Of a stretch of DNA of 34,198 bases, positions 6,706 through 13,686 are shown piece after piece. The position numbers and the translations under genes are program-made. This DNA comes from an uncultured Thermotogaceae bacterium. Its GTDB lineage: Bacteria; Thermotogota; Thermotogae; MWEM01. How positions within the stretch are numbered: the first letter of the stretch is position 1; every line of letters starts with the position of its first letter. The notes below the pieces were generated by a model. That model searched no databases, was not told the DNA's origin, and saw nothing but the letters and a program-made list of their open reading frames with translations. Location: NCBI GenBank assembly GCA_964449405.1, contig CAYUYU010000002.1, positions 1-34,198 on the forward strand, read 5' to 3'.

Positions 6706-9521
6706 AGCGCTTCAAATTTACGATTCAATCTTGAGGACCAGTCAACAATCTGACTGTTGATTCTCCTGAGTTCTTGAGAGATTGTCCCGTTGTAACCCAT
6801 CACCCTTTCGAGTTTTCCGGTGTTAAAGGTGTTATAATCGTATATCTTTTCAGACAGTTGAGTGGCAAACCCCTTCATTTCCGTGCCAGCAACGGTTGAG
6901 GAAATTCCAAAAGATTCCCACACTGCCTCTGAATCACTTCTCAAGGCATTTTCAAGTAGCTGCTCGTTAACAGAAAGCCTACCACGCATAATATTTCTGT
7001 AATTATTCTCGTAATCACTGAATCCGTCTGATGATCCCACCCCAATTTCCGTGAGGTAATCGTATTTCAAGGACGTATCTCCGTGATTGGTTAACAGCGT
7101 GCTTTTCAATCCCGTATATCCAGTGGTTGCCGTATCGGTAATGATGATGTCATCGGGACTGGATATCTTGAAAACAAATGACCCGTTGCCATCCTCTTCT
7201 ATGGAGGCACGAACGTTATAATCTCCATAAAGAGCCATTCGGTTGACAATATCTTCCAAAGTATCCTCTTCAGAGTATTCCATTTCTATCGGATCGTCAA
7301 AATCTTCCACGTGGATTGAAAGTGTGCCTGTGCTGCCCGAAGGAAGCCTTACACCCAGCTCGTAAAGTGTACTCTCTTCGCTGCCGGACGTGGTGTTTGA
7401 ATAATAAACTTCCTGAGCACTTCCGTCCATGTCCTGATAAGCCATTGTTTTTAACTCTTCAAAGATGCTTCTCAGTAATGGATCACCTACCAGCACATCG
7501 GCTAGCTCATCTTCGCTATCTTCAGATTCCCCATCTTCAGATGCGGTGGATGTGGTTTGGACCCTGTCGTCTTCAGCGTACAATCTTTCATACAGATAAT
7601 CCATCAGGTTGTTGTATTCATCTACAAAATCCTTGACGTGTTCTTTTGTCTCTTCAATATTCTGTGTGACCGTCACGGTTACTGGCGTGTCACTTTCTTG
7701 TCGGGCGGTAAAATTGATGCCTTGAAGGACATTGTTAAACGTATTGGTATCACTGGTGATTTCGGTTTCAATGCCTCCAAAATTTACTGTTGCCATTGCC
7801 TGCCGCGCTTCCTGGAAGCCACTTTCAGAATGTCCGGTTGTGCTATAGCCGTTTGAATGATGTCCCGTGGCTTCGGTGGTGTCGATGTTCAGCGTTTCCA
7901 GAACATCTCCTGAATCAGACAGCGAGATATTCACATCCGGCTCTGTACTGCCGATTTTTAGGTTTAGTGTTCCTCCCAGATCTTCAACTTCAGCATAAAT
8001 ACGGCTGTCAGCCGCTGTGATCTTGTTGACCAATTGGGCAAGGGTGTCTCCGGTTGCTGAGGCATCATAACTGACATAACGGTAACTGCCGTCGATGTTG
8101 ATGGTAATGGTACCGGAGTCTTCGGTGGTGCCAAAATCCGCCAGATAATCGGTGTCAGCACCGGTCACGGCGCTGGTGGATTCGAATTCTTCGGTCATAT
8201 TCATAGTTCTTAAGAGGTCACCGGTATCGGAGACTTCAAAGGTTGTGGCATTGTCTTTGGCGGAGAGGACAAGTTGCAAGTCTGTTCCATCATCAACGAT
8301 GTTTGCGGATACTTTGTCTTGAAGATCAGCTTCATCGTTTATTTTGTCAACAACATCTGCAAGTGTATCGGTTGTAACATCGTAATCAATGGAATAATCA
8401 TCATCACCAACTGTGAATTGAATGGCGCCATTATCATTCAAACCAAACGTTTCTAATAAATCGTCAGATGAGCCTGTAATTCTTTCAGCTGATCCATATG
8501 TCTCAAAAAAACGCATCATTTCCAGCATATTTCCATCACCCGTCTCGGATACTGTAACTTCGCTTTCTGGGTTTTTCGAGTTGATAAACAACTTCATGGC
8601 CTCATCGTCACCGGTTTGTCCATTGGAACCGTAATAGATACTGACCTTTTCAAGCATTGTCTCTAATTCGGGATCATCATAAATATCGCTGATCCATGAG
8701 TTAAAATTATCTGATGAATCGTAATTAATAACATAATCGGTGCCATCCACTGTTATCGTCAATTTTCCGCCAGCAGTATCCGTAATCCCAAAGGTATCCA
8801 TCGTCGCATCCGGATCACCCAACACAAAACCCCCGGATTTGTGAGATTCGGTCATATTCAGCGATTCCAGCAAGGTTCCGGAATCACTCATTTGCAGATT
8901 AACTCCGGCGTCGGTTCCTGAAAAAAACAACTTGAGTCCGTCTTCTGAACTGACTGCGTGTACCTGGAGATTATCGTCCAAGCTTTCGATTTGCTCCGTG
9001 ATCTCTTCTAAGGTGTTACCCTCATAATAGTCCACTTCATAACCGGTTCCGTTCACGTTGATGGAAAGCGTTCCCGCTCCGGCAATGCCATTACCTGTTC
9101 CGCCCAGGTTCTCAAGTCGGGTGGTTGTCTCAGCAGAAACGGATGATGTTGAAAAATAGGACTGATTTTTGGCCAGGCTGTCCACCGTTACATCAAAAGT
9201 CGTATCTCTGACAGATCCGGATGTGGAAACGGTTAATATGCTCTCATCTGATGAGGTTGCATCGTTGTGAAAAAAGTTGGATTGGAGCTTCCAGTCATTC
9301 GCAAAGGTTCGAAATTCATCTAATCTGTCGGAGACATTTTGTAAAGCTGTTTGTCGATTTGTTAGCGTTTCTTCTTCTTCCTGGAGTTTTTTGACCGGTT
9401 CTGATGCTTTGGTCATCTCCGCATCGATCATGGAATTGATGTCCAAGCCACTTGAAGCGCCGGCAAAATGCATCCGATCTTGTTGAGAACCACTCAGATA
9501 AGAAAGATAATCGGTTGACAT
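6603..9521 (-). CDS. fliD: flagellar filament cap protein FliD (hook-associated protein 2), unusually long
   Basis: N-terminal GLDINSMIDAEMTKASEPVKKLQEEEETLTNRQTALQNVSDRL and C-terminal ISQELRRINSQIVDWSSRLNRKFEALWAKYSNLEQTLGRLQ are the FliD N- and C-terminal helical domains. SD GAAGGTGA lies 5 nt before the ATG at 9521. The gene follows flaG. Confidence 0.9.
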   Translation of the reverse strand: MSTDYLSYLSGSQQDRMHFAGASSGLDINSMIDAEMTKASEPVKKLQEEEETLTNRQTALQNVSDRLDEFRTFANDWKLQSNFFHNDATSSDESILTVSTSGSVRDTTFDVTVDSLAKNQSYFSTSSVSAETTTRLENLGGTGNGIAGAGTLSINVNGTGYEVDYYEGNTLEEITEQIESLDDNLQVHAVSSEDGLKLFFSGTDAGVNLQMSDSGTLLESLNMTESHKSGGFVLGDPDATMDTFGITDTAGGKLTITVDGTDYVINYDSSDNFNSWISDIYDDPELETMLEKVSIYYGSNGQTGDDEAMKLFINSKNPESEVTVSETGDGNMLEMMRFFETYGSAERITGSSDDLLETFGLNDNGAIQFTVGDDDYSIDYDVTTDTLADVVDKINDEADLQDKVSANIVDDGTDLQLVLSAKDNATTFEVSDTGDLLRTMNMTEEFESTSAVTGADTDYLADFGTTEDSGTITINIDGSYRYVSYDASATGDTLAQLVNKITAADSRIYAEVEDLGGTLNLKIGSTEPDVNISLSDSGDVLETLNIDTTEATGHHSNGYSTTGHSESGFQEARQAMATVNFGGIETEITSDTNTFNNVLQGINFTARQESDTPVTVTVTQNIEETKEHVKDFVDEYNNLMDYLYERLYAEDDRVQTTSTASEDGESEDSEDELADVLVGDPLLRSIFEELKTMAYQDMDGSAQEVYYSNTTSGSEESTLYELGVRLPSGSTGTLSIHVEDFDDPIEMEYSEEDTLEDIVNRMALYGDYNVRASIEEDGNGSFVFKISSPDDIIITDTATTGYTGLKSTLLTNHGDTSLKYDYLTEIGVGSSDGFSDYENNYRNIMRGRLSVNEQLLENALRSDSEAVWESFGISSTVAGTEMKGFATQLSEKIYDYNTFNTGKLERVMGYNGTISQELRRINSQIVDWSSRLNRKFEALWAKYSNLEQTLGRLQEQGAALQNSFSKLNGGND
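7092..7370 (-). repeat. fifth copy of the same FliD module (aa ~718-810), separated from the tandem array
   Basis: GTLSIHVEDFDDPIEMEYSEEDTLEDIVNRM...VRASIEEDGNGSFVFKISS follows the same G-x-L/I-x-I-x-V...Y...Y....TL pattern. Confidence 0.6.
7881..9119 (-). repeat. four tandem ~90-100-aa protein modules inside FliD (aa ~135-547), Flagellin-hook-IN-motif-like
   Basis: The modules begin GTLSINVNGTGYEVDY, GKLTITVDGTDYVINY, GAIQFTVGDDDYSIDY and GTITINIDGSYRYVSY. They end SDSGTLLESLNMTE, ETGDGNMLEMMRFFE, SDTGDLLRTMNMTE and SDSGDVLETLNIDT. The repeat is diverged at the DNA level and visible at the protein level. Confidence 0.7.
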
Positions 9522-9558
9522 GTTTTCACCTTCTTATTCAATAAACAAAGATTTCTTT

Positions 9559-9921
9559 TCAGGCCAGCTTGTCAAAAAGAATACCCAGCATCTCGTTAAG
9601 TTTTTTGGCCAACTCAACGATTTCTTTGGGGGGTATTTCCTTTAAAACCTCACCGCTTTTTTGGTCAATGATTTTGACCACCTTCATATCCGCTTCCTTG
9701 TCGAATTCAATACTCAAATCGTCCATGTGGATCTCTTTGAGTGTTTCGATGCCCTTTTCGAATTCGTCCACGGCTTGATTGACCTTTTTCTTTGGAATCT
9801 CACCGTTTTCGGAAGCCTTTGAAGCCTCGCGAGGCTTAGATTTGGTTTGATCGGCAATATCGTTTCTGAAAACCGGCTTGACCGAATTTGTTTGTTCTAC
9901 CCTGTCAACATTGAAACCCAT
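9559..9921 (-). CDS. flaG: flagellar protein FlaG
   Basis: The C-terminal LSIEFDKEADMKVVKIIDQKSGEVLKEIPPKEIVELAKKLNEMLGILFD is the FlaG family core. Start set at ATG 9921 (MGFNVDR...), preceded by GGGAGGGGA, rather than at 9972. Confidence 0.8.
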   Translation of the reverse strand: MGFNVDRVEQTNSVKPVFRNDIADQTKSKPREASKASENGEIPKKKVNQAVDEFEKGIETLKEIHMDDLSIEFDKEADMKVVKIIDQKSGEVLKEIPPKEIVELAKKLNEMLGILFDKLA

Positions 9922-9962
9922 AAGATCCCCTCCCTGGAATCCAATATTGGAATTACTGATAA

Positions 9963-9989
9963 TTATCGGCAAAAAAATCTTTGTCTTTA
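9963..9989 (-). promoter_or_regulatory. sigma28 (FliA/SigD) promoter TAAA-N15-GCCGATAA upstream of flaG-fliD
   Basis: The minus strand reads TAAA (9989-9986), a 15-nt spacer gacaaagattttttt (9985-9971), then GCCGATAA (9970-9963). This is an exact match to the flagellar sigma28 consensus, about 40 nt upstream of the flaG ATG. The TAAA element contains the yqeH TAA stop codon. Confidence 0.75.
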
Positions 9990-11084
9990 GCGTTCTTTTC
10001 TCAAAATTGCCTTTCTCTGATGAAAGCCCGTTCCTCGTGGTAGCGTAAGTACTATTTCAAGGGGTCCCCTTTTCACGTTGATCCAACCAAGCCCGGAAAT
10101 GGCAAGGTCTTCACCTTCGAGTAGCTTCAGTTTATGTGGCTGCCAGTTGATTGCCTGATAAGGCATGGAAGAAAAAGGCGGTTTCAACATTTTTCCGAAT
10201 TGCCTTTTATGCAATTCATCCGCCTTTTTTTGATTGGACGAATGGTAGACGACATTATGTCCGGAGAAGAGTTGAAAGATAGGTTCATAACCGTCTCGAG
10301 CGGTATTGACTACGTCTATTCTGCATAATCCTCCAAAGAAAATGGTTTTCCCCGGCTCCGGTTTATACGTTTTTCGTGTAAGTTTGTCTGTTTTGAATAT
10401 CAAATGTCGCTCTTCAGGTTTGATGAACTGCATCATTCTATGTTTCACTTCTATTCCCGGAGTATCGATGATAATGGTACCTGACTTCAGCGTTCGCTTA
10501 ACCCTTCCAAGAGTTGTTCCCGAGAATGGACTAACAGTAGATTCACTTAGCCCTTCTTTTGAAATAATTGTATTCAGCAAAGTTGATTTACCCGCATTCG
10601 TTGCCCCCGTAAAACAGCATTTTTGGGTGTGGTTGATCTGTTCGGTTAAATTTTTAATGCCAAAGTTATTTAAACTGCTTACCGGCTGGATACGTTTAGG
10701 TTTGATATTGTATTCGGTGGAAAACCATTCAACAATTTGCTTGGCAAGGATGTGTTTGGGAATCAGGTCGAATTTGTTTAACACCACAAATAAATCACCT
10801 TTCACAGCATCAGTGATGCTTTTGCTCCACGTCCCCTCGATATCCAACAAATCGACAACAACAAAGGTAACGTCACATTCAGCCGAAATGCTTCTCAGAT
10901 CGGATAAAGAATAATGAACCACCTCAGGTGCGATGTTCTCTGAATAATGCTTGATGCGATAACATCTTTGGCAAAGCGGTTCACTTCTTTCCAACATGGC
11001 ATTTTCGGGAATATATCCTATTTTTGTCGGGTCTGATGTCTGAAGTTGAACCCCACAACCATGGCATTTCATCGTTGAAAACAT
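9987..11084 (-). CDS. yqeH: ribosome biogenesis GTPase YqeH (circularly permuted GTPase with N-terminal zinc ribbon)
   Basis: CHGCGVQLQ...CQRCYRIKHY forms the zinc ribbon. The GTPase motifs occur in permuted order: NKFDL (G4), GATNAGKSTL (G1), DTPG (G3). It lies downstream of yqeG, as in Bacillus. Confidence 0.9.
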   Translation of the reverse strand: MFSTMKCHGCGVQLQTSDPTKIGYIPENAMLERSEPLCQRCYRIKHYSENIAPEVVHYSLSDLRSISAECDVTFVVVDLLDIEGTWSKSITDAVKGDLFVVLNKFDLIPKHILAKQIVEWFSTEYNIKPKRIQPVSSLNNFGIKNLTEQINHTQKCCFTGATNAGKSTLLNTIISKEGLSESTVSPFSGTTLGRVKRTLKSGTIIIDTPGIEVKHRMMQFIKPEERHLIFKTDKLTRKTYKPEPGKTIFFGGLCRIDVVNTARDGYEPIFQLFSGHNVVYHSSNQKKADELHKRQFGKMLKPPFSSMPYQAINWQPHKLKLLEGEDLAISGLGWINVKRGPLEIVLTLPRGTGFHQRKAILRKER

Positions 11085-11087
11085 CCG

Positions 11088-12155
11088 TTAATCATCACGC
11101 ATTTTCCTGCCTTCCTTTTTTCTGGTAAAGAGTCTTTCCAATTTTCTTAAAAATTTTGTGATCGGAAATTCATGTTCTAAATCGATGGGGTCTACTTTGA
11201 TCGTATAAGTCTTCAGCAGATTTCCGGTTAGAATATCTGTAAACAATTGATCACCGATAAAAAGTGTTTCAGAAGCTTTCAACGATTCCCTTTTCATAAT
11301 GGCCTTTGCCTTTGTCAAAAAAGGTTTTTTAACCTTTCCATATGCCTTCATACCCATGTCAATCTTTTGACTGATCAGTTTTAACCGTTCAACGTGTCGC
11401 GTATTTGACATGATGATGAGTTGATAACCCTTTGTAACTAATTCTTTCATTTTATCGATGGAATCTTGAGGTAATTCGCTTTCTTTCCATCTTGCCAACG
11501 TGTTATCCATATCAAAGATGATATTTCTGTAGCCTTGTTCCCAAAATTTGTTGAAATCGACATCCTGCCATTTTTCAACACTTAACTGTGGGCTGATCAG
11601 ATGAGTGAGTCTGAAAAACCAGCCAATGGTGTAAAAATAAAGTAAATAACTCCAACGGGTCATTTTATAGGCTGCTTTTCCAATAAAATTTGACACCTCT
11701 TTAGTGTAGTGAGAATAGGGATTGACAAGGATGGTGTACATCTTCATCCGGTTACCGGCAATGATATCCGTAAAAAACAGATCTCCTGTTAATGCTGTTT
11801 CTTGAGGTTTTGAATGAAGAAATTGCAATACTTTTGACAATTTTTTAATCCCTGGTTTTTTCATTTGACCAAAAACGGGAACCTTTCCGCCAAAATATTC
11901 TAAAAGGTCACCAGCCCTGTTTGCAGGTGCGTTTGTGACGACACAAACTTTAAATCGATTGTTAAGCAGTTTTTCAAATAGGGCGATGGTTTTCTTGCCC
12001 ACAGAAATACTCTTCCATGGGGCAAGGGTGTTGTCATAATCGAATAGCAAGGTATTAATACCCAAACGCTTTAATCTTTGAAAATCGATATCGTAAATCG
12101 ACGGGTAATGTTCCCTTGGGGACGGAAGACTAAGGATGTCCCGGATTCGGCTCAT
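11088..12155 (-). CDS. yqeG: tandem-duplicated YqeG-type HAD-IIIA phosphatase (two complete HAD domains in one 355-aa protein)
   Basis: Domain 1 motifs: LLFDYDNTLAPW, VVTNA, MKKPG, GDLFFTDIIAGN. Domain 2 motifs: IIFDMDNTLARW, IMSNT, VKKPF, GDQLFTDILTGN. The hydrophobic segment WSYLLYFYTIGWFFRLTHLI lies between the two domains. Confidence 0.8.
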   Translation of the reverse strand: MSRIRDILSLPSPREHYPSIYDIDFQRLKRLGINTLLFDYDNTLAPWKSISVGKKTIALFEKLLNNRFKVCVVTNAPANRAGDLLEYFGGKVPVFGQMKKPGIKKLSKVLQFLHSKPQETALTGDLFFTDIIAGNRMKMYTILVNPYSHYTKEVSNFIGKAAYKMTRWSYLLYFYTIGWFFRLTHLISPQLSVEKWQDVDFNKFWEQGYRNIIFDMDNTLARWKESELPQDSIDKMKELVTKGYQLIIMSNTRHVERLKLISQKIDMGMKAYGKVKKPFLTKAKAIMKRESLKASETLFIGDQLFTDILTGNLLKTYTIKVDPIDLEHEFPITKFLRKLERLFTRKKEGRKMRDD

Positions 12156-12399
12156 ATCTCACCACTTCTAAGTTTATTTCTTCTTTCAACAGTTCAAGCA
12201 TTTCCATGACTTCGTCCATGAGATCAGCTGGAACAATGACCTTTACCGTTCCGTCATCAACTCCGGCATGTCGAATATTCATGACGTTATCATAAGATTC
12301 AGACAAATAGCCTAATAGGTGAGCCTCTTTAAGAGGCATTTTGACGTATATATCATATTCAAGAATTCGTTCAGAATGAGTATCCGGCTTCAACATCAA
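12130..12399 (-). CDS. small DUF4911-like protein
   Basis: 89 aa. ILEYDIYVKMPLKEAHLLGYLSESYDNVMNIRHAGVDDGTVKVIVPADLMDEVMEMLELLKEE resembles my recollection of DUF4911. TTG start at 12399 with GGAGG 8 nt upstream. It overlaps both neighbours (29 nt and 26 nt). Confidence 0.45.
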   Translation of the reverse strand: MMLKPDTHSERILEYDIYVKMPLKEAHLLGYLSESYDNVMNIRHAGVDDGTVKVIVPADLMDEVMEMLELLKEEINLEVVRYEPNPGHP

Positions 12400-13666
12400 C
12401 TGATAAACCTCCGGTAATAAATTTAATTTTCACGTTCAGATCAACATCCCCGATTCGTATTTTCGTACCGGCCGAAAAGAGCCAATCATTTCGGTAGTCT
12501 ATATTACCATAAATATTCATGGAAAAAGGATGGTCCTTGATTAATTGGTACTGAGTACCAAGGTTAAGGCCAATTCCGTCGTTGTAGGAAAGTCCTGCAG
12601 AAAAAAGCCCCTTGTCAAAAGTATATTTTCCATCAATCATGGCGTGAAAACCATCATTCGAAAAATCATAGCCAGTTGAGCCACCAATGAGATAAGAGTT
12701 GTTTTTCAACCGGATGTTTAATCCATAGGAACTTCTTGCAAAGATATCCACTCCGATTGTGAACAGGTTGCTTGTTCCCAAGGTATACCAGTTGATAATC
12801 GGAATAGGAGTGGTGTTGATCAGGCCCAATCCAAAATCAAAGGATGGTAAGCGTTCAAATTGAGCTACAGTTCTCATGACAAAACAGTTATCAAACAAAT
12901 CCGTTTTAAAATCAAAACCCGGAAAAAAAGCAATGCCCGTTATTTCACCCATTGAGGCTTGAGCACCGATAAGAAGAGAATCGTTTTTAAAGAAAAATCG
13001 GTTTGTATCATTCGAGATCAAGGTATCCAAGAATGGATTGGAAAATTCCAGACGATATGTTTGTAAATCCACTGTCCCAATTGAAATCCTCGATTGATTT
13101 TCTGCCAGTTCTTTGAGTGGATTGTACCCTATCCCGTTTTCATCTATGTAGATCCGATCTTCTTCCAAGATCACGGGAACTGTGGTTGGTGGTGAAGGAA
13201 CCTGATAAAACCTTACTTTTGAGTTATATTGAATATCAGCAAACTCGATTTCTTTTCTGCTGCTTATAGTGACTGCTATTCCGCCTGTTTTTTGTTCCAC
13301 AAGACTAAGTTTTAAAGGTTTATGAAATAAGGTAATCTCAGAATCAAAAAAAGCCCTTTCTACCCTAAGTTGCTCTGGTAAAGAGCCGGGAATATCAATA
13401 AGACCTACAGTTTTTTTGGGGACGTATGCAATCTCCTCTTGTTTTTCCGGAGCATTTCTTGAAAGTATTGCGATAGGGGCAGTCACTTTCAGATTCAGTT
13501 CTCTTTTTCTTGGTTGATAGTCAAAATCCCATTCATACTGAAATATTTCTGAAGGGGGGGCTAGCTTACTCACAGGTAATTCTCCCGTGATCGTAAAACT
13601 ATAATCATTGGGAAGGCCAATACCAACGATAAAAGAAATAAAAAAAAAGAAAAGATAATTACGCAT
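12371..13666 (-). CDS. putative outer-membrane beta-barrel protein
   Basis: Signal-like N-terminus MRNYLFFFFISFIVGIG. The C-terminal ~230 aa are rich in alternating hydrophobic and Gly/Asn/Tyr beta-strand patterns and end in ...VDVEAGYSF (terminal Phe beta-signal). SD AGGATGA precedes the ATG at 13666. No family recognised. Confidence 0.55.
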   Translation of the reverse strand: MRNYLFFFFISFIVGIGLPNDYSFTITGELPVSKLAPPSEIFQYEWDFDYQPRKRELNLKVTAPIAILSRNAPEKQEEIAYVPKKTVGLIDIPGSLPEQLRVERAFFDSEITLFHKPLKLSLVEQKTGGIAVTISSRKEIEFADIQYNSKVRFYQVPSPPTTVPVILEEDRIYIDENGIGYNPLKELAENQSRISIGTVDLQTYRLEFSNPFLDTLISNDTNRFFFKNDSLLIGAQASMGEITGIAFFPGFDFKTDLFDNCFVMRTVAQFERLPSFDFGLGLINTTPIPIINWYTLGTSNLFTIGVDIFARSSYGLNIRLKNNSYLIGGSTGYDFSNDGFHAMIDGKYTFDKGLFSAGLSYNDGIGLNLGTQYQLIKDHPFSMNIYGNIDYRNDWLFSAGTKIRIGDVDLNVKIKFITGGLSVDVEAGYSF

Positions 13667-13686
13667 TATTCATCCTTATTCATCCT
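13667..13686 (-). repeat. perfect 10-bp tandem duplication (AGGATGAATA x2 on the minus strand) at the GGDEF-gene/OMP-gene junction
   Basis: The forward strand reads tattcatcct at 13667-13676 and again at 13677-13686. The upstream copy carries the end of the GGDEF gene (AAG GAT GAA TAA). The downstream copy is the SD for the OMP ATG at 13666. Confidence 0.8.

Noticed and set aside
7316-9486. Series of 60-106-aa plus-strand ORFs antisense to fliD
   Set aside because: They are explained by the GAT/GGT/ACC-rich codon composition of fliD, which removes stops from the opposite strand. They have no SD motifs and no recognisable domains.
10306-10914. 202-aa ORF on the plus strand (also 10134-10328)
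   Set aside because: It lies entirely antisense to the well-supported yqeH gene. It has no SD and a low-complexity Ser/Leu/Val-rich translation with no recognisable motif. It is a shadow ORF.
13640-13648. T9 homopolymer (minus strand) in the signal-peptide codons of the OMP gene, plus A9 at 601-609 and A8 at 777-784 in the HTH gene, as phase-variation tracts
   Set aside because: A/T runs of 8-9 nt are expected by chance in a genome this AT-rich, and here they encode Phe or Lys runs. There is no evidence of length polymorphism from a single sequence.
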